DNA from: Clostridia bacterium
Lineage (GTDB): Bacteria; Bacillota; Clostridia; Christensenellales; RUG350
DNA: 51,417 nucleotides
Assembly (NCBI GenBank): GCA_017407285.1
Contig: JAFQWW010000065.1
Location: 1 to 51,417 of the forward strand
Direction: 5' to 3'
Both the position numbers and the translations under genes were made by a program. Within the stretch, counting starts at the first letter, position 1, and every line of letters starts with the position of its first letter. Positions 18,607 through 27,045 of this stretch are shown piece after piece. Below the pieces are notes generated by a model. The model did no database searches, was not told the DNA's origin, and worked only from the letters and a program-made list of their open reading frames with translations.

Positions 18607-18635
18607 TTGACTATTTGAAAAAAAGATAGTATAAT
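18607..18635 (+). promoter_or_regulatory. Candidate sigma-A promoter of fucO
   Basis: TTGACT (18607-18612) is followed by 17 nt and then TATAAT (18630-18635). The element lies ~30 nt upstream of the ATG. Confidence 0.55.
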
Positions 18636-18663
18636 AAAATTATAAAATTTTTTGGAGGTTATT

Positions 18664-19812
18664 ATGGCTAACAGAATTATCGTTAACGAACAATCCTATC
18701 ACGGCGCAGGCGCAAGATACGAGATTGCAAACGTCGTAAAAGCAAGAGGATACAAAAAAGCCTTTATCTGCTCGGACAAAGCCACCTTTGACGTAGGCGT
18801 AACGGGCAAGGTTTTATCCGTTTTGGACGGAGAAAAACTCGATTACGTTCTCTATACGGATATCGTCCCCAACCCCACTATTGAAAACGTTTTATCCGGT
18901 GTGGACGCATTCAAAAAGAGCGGAGCGGATTATATAATTGCGGTAGGCGGAGGCTCTAGTATCGACACCGCAAAAGCAATAGGTATTATTATTGCCAACC
19001 CCGAATTCGAAGACGTTAGAAAACTTGAAGGCGTAGCACCTACCAAAAATCCTTGCGTACCCACGATAGCAGTACCAACAACGGCTGGAACGGCTGCCGA
19101 GGTTACTATAAACTACGTCATAACGGATAAAGAAAAAATGAGAAAATTCGTGTGCGTAGATCCCCACGACATTCCTTCCGTTGCTATAGTTGATAGCGAA
19201 ATGATGGAAACTATGCCCAAAGGTCTTACCGCATCTACCGGTATGGACGCATTAACTCACGCTATAGAGGGCTATATCACCAAAGGCGCTTGGGAAATGA
19301 CCGATATGTTCCACTTAAAAGCTATCGAGATAATATCTAGAAGTTTGAGAGGCGCAGTTCAAAACACCAAAGAAGGCCGTGAAGGTATGGCGCTTGGTCA
19401 ATACGTTGCAGGTATGGGATTTTCTAACGTAGGCTTGGGTATCGTGCACTCCATGGCTCATGCGTTAGGCGCGGTGTACAACACTCCCCACGGTGTAGCA
19501 AACGCTATTTTGCTTCCTACCGTTATGGAATATAACGCAGACGCAACTGGAGAAAAGTATCGCGAGATTGCACGCGCTATGGGCGTAAAAGGTGTAGACG
19601 ACATGACTCAAGACGAGTACCGCAAAGCAGCAGTCGACGCAGTCAAGAAACTCTCCATAGACGTAGGCATACCCCAAGACCTCAAAGCAATCGTAAAAGA
19701 AGAAGATATCGACTTCTTGGCTCAATCCGCTATGGACGACGCTTGCCGTCCCGGCAACCCCAAAGATCCCACCAAAGCCGACATCATCAATCTCTACAAA
19801 AACCTACTCTAA
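18664..19812 (+). CDS. fucO: Lactaldehyde reductase / L-1,2-propanediol oxidoreductase (iron-containing ADH)
   Basis: The ATG at 18664 follows GGAGGT. Long blocks match FucO as I remember it: MANRIIVNE..., GGGSSIDTAKA, TTAGTAAEVTINYVITD, FVCVDPHDIP, MALGQYVAGMGFSNVGLG, NTPHGVANAILLP. Confidence 0.9.
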   Translation: MANRIIVNEQSYHGAGARYEIANVVKARGYKKAFICSDKATFDVGVTGKVLSVLDGEKLDYVLYTDIVPNPTIENVLSGVDAFKKSGADYIIAVGGGSSIDTAKAIGIIIANPEFEDVRKLEGVAPTKNPCVPTIAVPTTAGTAAEVTINYVITDKEKMRKFVCVDPHDIPSVAIVDSEMMETMPKGLTASTGMDALTHAIEGYITKGAWEMTDMFHLKAIEIISRSLRGAVQNTKEGREGMALGQYVAGMGFSNVGLGIVHSMAHALGAVYNTPHGVANAILLPTVMEYNADATGEKYREIARAMGVKGVDDMTQDEYRKAAVDAVKKLSIDVGIPQDLKAIVKEEDIDFLAQSAMDDACRPGNPKDPTKADIINLYKNLL

Positions 19813-19822
19813 ACGACAATTA

Positions 19823-19854
19823 AAAACGGAACTCTTTCGAGTTCCGTTTTTTTT
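19823..19854. terminator. Bidirectional terminator between convergent fucO and the LRR-protein gene
   Basis: The hairpin is CGGAACTC-TTTC-GAGTTCCG. An A-run precedes it and an 8-nt T-run follows. Confidence 0.8.
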
Positions 19855-19855
19855 G

Positions 19856-21292
19856 TTAAATTTCAACGCGTCCATCTGAACACTGTACGTAAGTCGCTGT
19901 TACGGCTTCAACCCAATAGTTTTCTTTCAATACCTTTGTATTCCACTCTTCAATTGTACCTAAATACGTTATACTTTCGATGGTTCGCCCTCTAAACGCA
20001 TATTCTCTAATAATAGAAACACTCTTAGGAATTGTTATATTCTCTCCTCTGTACATTAAAAACACGGCACTTCCTATTTCTTCAATTTTTGCATATTCAT
20101 TCCAAACGATTTCTGCAGAACACTCATAAAAAGCTTGTGGACCAATATATATGGTGTTTTCTGGAATATATATCCGTTCCAAGTTTCCACAAAAGCTAAA
20201 TGCAAAGCTTTCTATTCTTTCTACTGTTTCTGGAATTACAAATTCAACCTTCTCACTTGCAATACAATGTAAATAAAGCGTTTTTGTGTCTTTTGTGTAC
20301 AAAGCATCTTCTATTGCAACAAACGTATCACTGCCGTCTTCCACAAAAACATGAGCAAGTGCATCGAAATCACCCAAGAAATTTTCACCTATATCTACCA
20401 CCGTTTTCGGCACACTAAACGTTTTAATACCGTCGCAATTATATATTGAATATTCTCCAAATTCAGCAATCTTACTATTCTCTGCAAAAGTTATTTCTTG
20501 AAGATTTTTACAGCAATATATTGCAAAATCATCAAAATTCTCTACTTCTGCAGGAACTTCAAAGCACGTATCTGCTTTCCCTGTTGCATATTTAACTAAA
20601 GTCTTTCCGTCTTTAGTATATAAATTCCCATCAATAGTTTTATAATATTCACTATTTTTATCTACTACTATTTCATTAAGACTGTCTTCATAATAAGTAA
20701 ATATCGGCTTTTCTATAACTATGCCTGCTGAAATATACATAGATTCATATTTGCTAGGAGAAACGAACCCTTTCAACCCCACAATTTTTTCACCATTTAT
20801 TTGTGACGGAATTATTATATCATTCAAAGTTTGCCCTAGCATTGTCAATGAAGTTATATTTGATTCAGAAACGTTAAACATGTCAGCAGGATTATATACA
20901 GACTCTCCGTCCCCCGCTCTAAATACCATTTCATCCCCTAATACGCCAGTTTTAGGATCTCCAGAGTAAACCTTCGCCATATATGTAACATCCTCCGGAA
21001 GGTCAAATACTGCTACACCAAATTTCCCTGTAGAACAAATGACTTCCCCTTTAAAAGAATATGATTTACCTGTGTTGGTGTCAGTCAACACTATTCCATA
21101 CTCTTCGTTTGCGTTACTTACCGTACCAAATACGATATGCGCAGTGCCTTCGTGTTCTCCGTCATCGTACTCGCCAATGTATATATCGGTATGCGTACTT
21201 GCACTATTTTCTGCAAAGGAAACACTAGTGAAAACCGTTATGATAAATGCAAAAATAAATAATGCTAAAAATGCTTTACGTGCCACCTTCAT
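19856..21292 (-). CDS. Secreted leucine-rich-repeat (BspA/LRR_5-type) protein with a shared N-terminal module
   Basis: The signal peptide is MKVARKAFLALFIFAFIITVFTSVSFA. Residues ~36-118 are homologous to the N-terminus of the 1548-aa protein. The rest carries LRR_5-like repeats (e.g. IPETVERIESFAFSFCGNLERIYIPENTIYIGPQAFYEC). Confidence 0.8.
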   Translation of the reverse strand: MKVARKAFLALFIFAFIITVFTSVSFAENSASTHTDIYIGEYDDGEHEGTAHIVFGTVSNANEEYGIVLTDTNTGKSYSFKGEVICSTGKFGVAVFDLPEDVTYMAKVYSGDPKTGVLGDEMVFRAGDGESVYNPADMFNVSESNITSLTMLGQTLNDIIIPSQINGEKIVGLKGFVSPSKYESMYISAGIVIEKPIFTYYEDSLNEIVVDKNSEYYKTIDGNLYTKDGKTLVKYATGKADTCFEVPAEVENFDDFAIYCCKNLQEITFAENSKIAEFGEYSIYNCDGIKTFSVPKTVVDIGENFLGDFDALAHVFVEDGSDTFVAIEDALYTKDTKTLYLHCIASEKVEFVIPETVERIESFAFSFCGNLERIYIPENTIYIGPQAFYECSAEIVWNEYAKIEEIGSAVFLMYRGENITIPKSVSIIREYAFRGRTIESITYLGTIEEWNTKVLKENYWVEAVTATYVQCSDGRVEI

Positions 21293-21304
21293 GATGTTTA
21301 CTCC

Positions 21305-22399
21305 TTATGCTATCGCCGTACCATCTGAACCAGCCACGCCGTCGCACGCATTAGTGTTTATATCTCCGTTTTGATCTCCGCTTGGACCACCTTTTGAGCC
21401 ACCACGACCACCAAGACCTGCTAAACCGCTTTCACCTACCGAAATAGTTACGTTACCAGCCACACCTTTAGATATAGTGGTTTGACTCTCAAGCGTTGCA
21501 TTTCCACCGTATGATGCATCGCCACCGTTACCGCCGTTTCCGCCACTACCAGGTCCGCCACCTTTAGACGTGCCCCAATCGTTAATACCGCCTTTGCCTC
21601 CGTCGCCGCCTTTGCCTCCGTTGCCTGCGTCGCCACCTTTTCCGCCAATCAAGTAAACGTTTCCTGCTTGAATTGTGAGCATGGTCGTACGAATAGAATC
21701 ACCACCTTTACCTCCGTCACCACCGTTGCCTGCGTTTCCACCAGGTTTACCGTGATCAGAATTTCCCGGACTCATGTTTTCCCAAGACCAACCTCGCCAT
21801 TCTCCGTCTTGTCCTCTTGATCCGTGCGCACCATTACCGCCTCGACCTCCGTCACCACCAACTAACGTTACGCTATTAGCAATATCCACGGAGATACTCA
21901 AAGCTATTATCGCTTCACTACCTTGCGTGCCGTTCATTCCGTCGTATGAGTCGTTGCTTCCCTCTGCGCCAGCAGAACCAGATCCACCTTTAACAGTCAG
22001 CGAACCATTTCCTTCGATAAACAAGCTCCCAGCAGGACAATTAATACCCACAGCATGAACTGCGGTCAAAGTGTTTTGTCCATTTAAAACTAAATGTATT
22101 TCTCTCGAACTACTTGAACTAATTATGCTCGCACCGTCAATACTCGTTGCCGTTACGCTATTCAAGTAAATATATACGGGCTTATCTCCTGCCCCAACGT
22201 TTAGCGAAAGTGTCGCAATTGACGCCGTTCCGTTTACCGTTACACTCTCGTGCGAACCCAAAACTTCGACCTCATTTATCCCAGCCGTCAAATCAAACTT
22301 AGCCTCAGTCTCTTCTCCACAGCCTGATAACGAAAAGGTCGTACACACACAACATATAACTACTAAAAGCACTATAGCATATTTTCCAAAACTTTTCAT
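21305..22399 (-). CDS. Glycine-rich lipoprotein (beta-helix-like N-terminal part plus GGxGG repeats)
   Basis: It has a lipobox (LSGC) after a hydrophobic leader. The C-terminal half is dominated by GGDGGRGGNG, GGNAGNGGDGGKGG, GGKGGDAGNGGKGGDGGKGG and GGGPGSGGNGGNGG. It ends 12 nt upstream of the LRR gene. Confidence 0.75.
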   Translation of the reverse strand: MKSFGKYAIVLLVVICCVCTTFSLSGCGEETEAKFDLTAGINEVEVLGSHESVTVNGTASIATLSLNVGAGDKPVYIYLNSVTATSIDGASIISSSSSREIHLVLNGQNTLTAVHAVGINCPAGSLFIEGNGSLTVKGGSGSAGAEGSNDSYDGMNGTQGSEAIIALSISVDIANSVTLVGGDGGRGGNGAHGSRGQDGEWRGWSWENMSPGNSDHGKPGGNAGNGGDGGKGGDSIRTTMLTIQAGNVYLIGGKGGDAGNGGKGGDGGKGGINDWGTSKGGGPGSGGNGGNGGDASYGGNATLESQTTISKGVAGNVTISVGESGLAGLGGRGGSKGGPSGDQNGDINTNACDGVAGSDGTAIA

Positions 22400-22536
22400 A
22401 TTCTCTTTCCTTTCGTGTTTTTTGTGGAAATTCTAATCAATAACGTATATTTCTAAAATTTCCCCAATATAATTATTATAGTAATGATTTTCATTACTGT
22501 CAAGCAAACGTAAAAAAATAATGATATTCTTTACTT

Positions 22537-22764
22537 ATGAGTAAAATTTTTGGTGAAAGATTAAGACAAATTCGGCGAGAAAATTGTTTAACGCAAAGTC
22601 AAATTGGAGAATTTCTATCTGTCAGTAAAATGACTATTTCCGCGTGGGAAACCAACAAACAAGAGCCGTGCATAGAAGATTTGAGAAAGCTCGCACGTTT
22701 TTTAGACGTGACGAGCGATTATCTAATTGGTCTTGAGTGCTACGACGGCACGAGAGAAATCTAG
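22537..22764 (+). CDS. XRE-family helix-turn-helix transcriptional regulator (75 aa)
   Basis: The HTH_3 signature is LRQIRRENCLTQSQIGEFLSVSKMTISAWETNKQEP. No SD is visible upstream. Confidence 0.8.
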   Translation: MSKIFGERLRQIRRENCLTQSQIGEFLSVSKMTISAWETNKQEPCIEDLRKLARFLDVTSDYLIGLECYDGTREI

Positions 22765-22796
22765 ACTATATTATTATTTAAAAAAACAAACTCAAA

Positions 22797-22836
22797 TAAA
22801 AAGCGCCCCGAAGTGTCTAACTTTCGGGGTGCTTTT
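22797..22836. terminator. Bidirectional terminator between the XRE gene and pflA
   Basis: The stem is GCGCCCCGAAG...CTTTCGGGGTGC, flanked by A- and T-runs. Confidence 0.7.
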
Positions 22837-22842
22837 CCACTT

Positions 22843-23553
22843 TTATTTCTTTATTTTGATTTTTTTCTTTAACTCTTCTATATCCGCTTTCGTGGGGGTT
22901 GAATATATCTCAAACGGGAATGGGATTTTCATATCGTCGTATTTGGTCTTGCAAATTTTCTTAAAACCTAAAAGTTCGACGTCGTCAACACATTCGTATT
23001 TTGCAATTATTTCGTTTAATTTAACGAAATTTTCCTCGTTATCGTTTAAGGTTGGAACTATTACCTGTCTTAAGGTAGTTGGGATATTTTTCTCATTCAA
23101 ATATTTCAAAAACTCAAGCGGTTTGTCCAAACTGCACCCAACGTATCTTTGATACTCTTCGTTAGTCGTGAATTTTATATCTAACAGTACTCGATCCACG
23201 TACTCCAATGCATCTTTGACTGCATCGTTTAGCACGCAACCCGAGGTATCAACGCAAGTGTTGAGTCCACTTTCTTTTGCCGTTACTAAAATAGCCTTAG
23301 CAAAATCAGACTGCAATAAAGGTTCGCCACCAGAAAGAGTGATACCGCCGTCACGACCGAAATAGCTTTTGTATCTTAAAGCTTTTTCGATAATTTCCGC
23401 GCTATCTATCTCCCTACCCCCTTTATAATCCCACGTGTCGGGGTTGTGGCAATACCCACATCTAAGCGGACAGCCTTGAAAAAACACGACGAACCGAATA
23501 CCCGGTCCGTCGACTGTTCCTAAACTTTGTATTGAGTGAATTCTCCCTTTCAT
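22843..23553 (-). CDS. pflA: Pyruvate formate-lyase activating enzyme (radical SAM)
   Basis: The motifs are CPLRCGYCHNPDTW and GGVTLSGGEP-like (GGITLSGGEP). The ATG overlaps the pflB TAA by 1 nt. Confidence 0.9.
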   Translation of the reverse strand: MKGRIHSIQSLGTVDGPGIRFVVFFQGCPLRCGYCHNPDTWDYKGGREIDSAEIIEKALRYKSYFGRDGGITLSGGEPLLQSDFAKAILVTAKESGLNTCVDTSGCVLNDAVKDALEYVDRVLLDIKFTTNEEYQRYVGCSLDKPLEFLKYLNEKNIPTTLRQVIVPTLNDNEENFVKLNEIIAKYECVDDVELLGFKKICKTKYDDMKIPFPFEIYSTPTKADIEELKKKIKIKK

Positions 23554-25784
23554 TACATAGCCTCGTGGAAGGTACGGGAGATAACCTCTCTTTGTTGCTC
23601 GCGAGAGAGCTTGTTGAAGTTAACTGCGTAACCCGATACTCTTATCGTAAGGTTGGGATACTTTTCAGGATTCTCGTAAGCGTCCATCAAAGTTTCACGA
23701 TTCAATACGTTGATATTGATATGATGAGCCATCTTTGCAAAATAACCGTCGAGAATGTTTACCAAATTGGTTACTCTTTCCTCTGCGTCGTGACCTAATG
23801 CGTCAGGGGTTATGGAGAAAGTGTTGGAAATACCGTCACGGCAATCTGCGTAACTGATCTTTGCTACCGAGTTCAAAGAAGCCAACGCACCGTTCTCCTC
23901 TCTATTGTGCATGGGGTTAGCACCGGGAGCGAATGCAGCGGACGCCTTTCTTCCGTCGGGAGTAGCAGCGGTATGTTTACCGTACATAACGTTAGAGGTT
24001 ATAGTGAGTACGCTCAACGTATGCTCTGCTCCACGATAAGTCGGAGTCTTTCTAAGTTCGGTGATAAAGTTGTGTGCAAGATTTTTAGCAATCAAGTCTA
24101 CTCTATCGTCGTCGTTACCATATTTGGGGAATTCGCCCGTGGTCTCGTAATCAACGATAAATCCGTTAGCGTCCTTGATAGGTTTAACGTTAGCGTACTT
24201 AATAGCGCTCAAAGAGTCAGCAACTACGGAGAAACCTGCGATACCAAACGCCATAAATCTATGCAAATCAGTATCGTGTAAAGCGAGTTGCTCTTTCTCG
24301 TAAGCGTATTTATCGTGCATATAATGGATAACGTTCATGGTGTTAACATAGAGACGAGAGAGCCATTCTACGTAAACGTCAAATCTCTCCATTACTTTGT
24401 CAAAATCAAGTTTATCTCCCTCAAAAGGTTTCATCTGAGGTCCAATACGCATACCGCTAGATACGTCGTAACCACCGTTTATAGACAAAAGCAAAAGTTT
24501 TGCAAGGTTACAACGAGCGCCGAAGAACTGCATTTGTTTACCTACCTGCATAGCGGATACGCAACAAGCAATAGCGTAGTCGTCGCCATAGATAGGACGC
24601 ATCAAATCGTCGTTCTCGTACTGAATGGAGTCGGTATCAACGGAAACCTGCGCGCAGAATCTCTTGAATCCTTCAGGCAAATCGTTGGACCACAAAATAG
24701 TCAAGTTGGGTTCGGGAGAAGAACCTAAGGTGTACAAGGTGTTAAGGATACGGAAACTGTTCTTGGTAACAAGCGTTCTGCCGTCCAAGCCCATACCACC
24801 TACTGCCTCGGTAATCCACATGGGATCGCCACCGAAAAGTTCGTTGTACTCAGGGGTACGCAAATGACGAGCAACACGAAGTTTTATTACGAAATCGTCA
24901 ACGAGTTCTTGCGCAGCTTCCTCGGTCAATTCGCCGTTTTTGATATCTCTTTCGATATAGATATCGAAGAAAGTAGCTACTCTACCCAAACTCATAGCGG
25001 CACCGTTCTGCTCCTTGATTGCGCCAAGGTAAGCAAAATAGGTCCACTGAATAGCTTCACGAGCGTTGGTTGCGGGAGCGGAGATGTCGTAGCCATAGGA
25101 CTCTGCCATCTTCTTAAGATCGTTCAACGCCTGAATCTGATGATATAACTCTTCGTCAAGTCTAATATTGTCTACGTCAAAGGTAACGTTTGCAAGATTA
25201 GCTTTGTCTTTGGTTTTCTCTTCGATAAGTCTATCTACACCGTACAACGCAACACGTCTATAGTCACCAATGATACGACCTCTGCCGTACGCATCGGGAA
25301 GACCAGTGATGAGGTGAGTTTTTCTAGCCTTTCTCATCTCGTCGGTATAAGCGGAGAAAACGCCCTCGTTGTGGGTAGTTCTATACTTGAACTCTTGCTC
25401 AATCTTCTCGCCTACTTTATAACCGTACGCTTCACACGCGCTTTTGCACATTCTCATGCCACCGAAGGGATTGACACCGCGCTTCAAAGGTCTGTTGGTC
25501 TGAAGTCCAACGATAAGTTCTTTGTCCTGATCGATATAACCAGGAGCGTAGCTAGTCATGGTGGATACGGTATTAGTATCTATATCTAAAACACCGCCGT
25601 ACTGTCTTTCCAAGGAAAATAAAGTCTGAACCTTCTTCATAAGATCAGAGGTTCTCTCCGTAGCCTTAGCCAAAAACGCACTGTCGCCGGTGTACGGGGT
25701 ATAGTTCGTTTGAATAAAATCACGTACGTTGATTTCATTCTGCCAGTTACCCGCCTTAAAGCCGTTCCAATTGATATGTTCCAT
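23553..25784 (-). CDS. pflB: Formate C-acetyltransferase (pyruvate formate-lyase)
   Basis: The protein is 743 aa. The glycyl-radical C-terminus is ...[31 protein letters not shown], and an active-site CC is present (IACCVSAM). Confidence 0.95.
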   Translation of the reverse strand: MEHINWNGFKAGNWQNEINVRDFIQTNYTPYTGDSAFLAKATERTSDLMKKVQTLFSLERQYGGVLDIDTNTVSTMTSYAPGYIDQDKELIVGLQTNRPLKRGVNPFGGMRMCKSACEAYGYKVGEKIEQEFKYRTTHNEGVFSAYTDEMRKARKTHLITGLPDAYGRGRIIGDYRRVALYGVDRLIEEKTKDKANLANVTFDVDNIRLDEELYHQIQALNDLKKMAESYGYDISAPATNAREAIQWTYFAYLGAIKEQNGAAMSLGRVATFFDIYIERDIKNGELTEEAAQELVDDFVIKLRVARHLRTPEYNELFGGDPMWITEAVGGMGLDGRTLVTKNSFRILNTLYTLGSSPEPNLTILWSNDLPEGFKRFCAQVSVDTDSIQYENDDLMRPIYGDDYAIACCVSAMQVGKQMQFFGARCNLAKLLLLSINGGYDVSSGMRIGPQMKPFEGDKLDFDKVMERFDVYVEWLSRLYVNTMNVIHYMHDKYAYEKEQLALHDTDLHRFMAFGIAGFSVVADSLSAIKYANVKPIKDANGFIVDYETTGEFPKYGNDDDRVDLIAKNLAHNFITELRKTPTYRGAEHTLSVLTITSNVMYGKHTAATPDGRKASAAFAPGANPMHNREENGALASLNSVAKISYADCRDGISNTFSITPDALGHDAEERVTNLVNILDGYFAKMAHHININVLNRETLMDAYENPEKYPNLTIRVSGYAVNFNKLSREQQREVISRTFHEAM

Positions 25785-26018
25785 GTTTCCCTCCTTTCAT
25801 AGTTGATATATTATCAACCTGTTCTAATCATATTATACGGTCGAACTTGTCAACCTGTTATCCGTTATTTTTTATCTGATTTATTATATACTGTACTTGT
25901 CATTTTGTCAATAGATTGTGGTCAAATTTTTTAGAAACCACAATATATTGATTTTGCCACCCATACTCACACAAAGTTTTGTTTTCTCATATTATAAAAC
26001 AAAGGAGATATAACTGAT

Positions 26019-26858
26019 ATGAGTTGGTTTAATAATTGTTGTAACAACTGTGGTAATTCCACAAACTACACACCTTGTTGTAGAAGGAATACACCGCAAA
26101 ATATAGTCATACGCTCAGGCGAGCGTGGTCCTCAAGGCGTTCCCGGTCCTACTGGTCCTACCGGTCCTCAAGGTCCTGCAGGTCCGCAAGGCATACAGGG
26201 TATTCAAGGTATCCAAGGCCCTATCGGTCCTACTGGTCCTGTTGGTGCTACTGGTCCTCAAGGTGCTGTTGGAGCAACTGGCGCCCAAGGTCCCATCGGT
26301 CCTATTGGTCCTCAAGGCGTTACTGGCGCTACCGGTCCTCAAGGTCCTATCGGTCCTACTGGAGCAACTGGTCCTATCGGTCCTCAAGGTGCTATTGGTC
26401 CTACTGGCGCAACTGGCGCTACCGGTCCTGCTGGCGCAACTGGCGCTACCGGTCCTGCTGGCGTTAGTGAAATAGATTCTATCTTAACTGCAAACTCTAC
26501 CGCCCAAACCGTTGCAACCGCGGGACTTTTAGATCTTGGTGCTATCGTAAACTCTACTGGAGATAGCGCTACCTTCACCGCACCTTCTACCATCACTCTT
26601 TCGGAAGGAACTTACCTTATCTCGGCAAGTATTTTAGCCGAAGGTGGCACGGGAGAGGTTGGTGCAAGTCTTTTCGTAGACGGTACTGCCGTTCCTACTG
26701 CGTCCCAGTACGTAACTACGACTACGCCCACGGGCTTTACGCTCCAACACGTTGTAACCGTGCCTGCGGGGGCTACGTCTAGCGTGACCGTTGTGAATCA
26801 AAGCGCTACTCAAAACGTCTACGACGACGTATCGGTATCCGTTTTGAAACTTGCCTAA
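26019..26858 (+). CDS. Collagen-like triple-helix-repeat protein, BclA-like (putative exosporium or spore-surface protein)
   Basis: An AAGGAG RBS is present. The N-terminus is Cys-rich (5 Cys in the first 21 aa). There are ~38 uninterrupted G-X-Y triplets. The ~130-aa C-terminal beta-rich domain resembles the BclA/C1q-like globular head. Confidence 0.8.
   Translation: MSWFNNCCNNCGNSTNYTPCCRRNTPQNIVIRSGERGPQGVPGPTGPTGPQGPAGPQGIQGIQGIQGPIGPTGPVGATGPQGAVGATGAQGPIGPIGPQGVTGATGPQGPIGPTGATGPIGPQGAIGPTGATGATGPAGATGATGPAGVSEIDSILTANSTAQTVATAGLLDLGAIVNSTGDSATFTAPSTITLSEGTYLISASILAEGGTGEVGASLFVDGTAVPTASQYVTTTTPTGFTLQHVVTVPAGATSSVTVVNQSATQNVYDDVSVSVLKLA
26118..26462 (+). repeat. Coding G-X-Y (GPT/GPQ/GAT/GPI) collagen-like tandem repeat
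   Basis: A 9-nt periodicity of the form GGTCCTxxx / GGCGCTACC runs throughout. All alternative-frame ORFs here are artefacts of the repeat. Confidence 0.9.
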
Positions 26859-26873
26859 TAAATACTTTATTCT

Positions 26874-26901
26874 AAGGAGCAAATATTTGCTCCTTTTTTT
26901 A
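26874..26901 (+). terminator. Terminator after the collagen-like gene
   Basis: A perfect 22-nt palindrome AAGGAGCAAATATTTGCTCCTT is followed by TTTTTT. Confidence 0.8.
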
Positions 26902-26960
26902 TTATTTCCAAAAAGTTACGAAAGTTTTCCTAAAAAAAAGCCACTCCACCTCTTCGTTAC

Positions 26961-26989
26961 TTGATTATAACGCAAAACTGTGATATAAT
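26961..26989 (+). promoter_or_regulatory. Candidate sigma-A promoter of the LysR-family gene
   Basis: TTGATT is followed by 17 nt and then TATAAT, with an extended -10 (TGATATAAT). Confidence 0.5.
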
Positions 26990-27045
26990 CAAATACATAT
27001 TAAAATATGTTAGTCATAACTCTAGAGTTATGAGGAGGGTTTTTT

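Noticed and set aside
18400-18663. T-box or other leader upstream of serC/serA
   Set aside because: The spacer is an AT-rich divergent promoter region. It has no specifier-loop/T-box consensus and no terminator/antiterminator pair.
22727-23152. 141-aa plus-strand ORF overlapping the 3' end of the XRE gene and antisense to pflA
   Set aside because: It crosses a strong bidirectional terminator, has no RBS and gives a low-complexity Phe/Ser/Lys translation.
26115-26596. Alternative-frame and antisense ORFs within the collagen repeat (26125..26475 +, 26115..26387 -, 26384..26596 -); possible CRISPR-like periodicity
   Set aside because: The periodicity is 9 nt (G-X-Y coding), not repeat-spacer units of 25-40 nt. 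The alternative frames are by-products of the repeat.
19856-26858. Diversity-generating retroelement acting on the LRR, glycine-rich or collagen-like proteins
   Set aside because: There is no reverse transcriptase, and I could not see a template/variable repeat pair with adenine-specific differences anywhere in the window.
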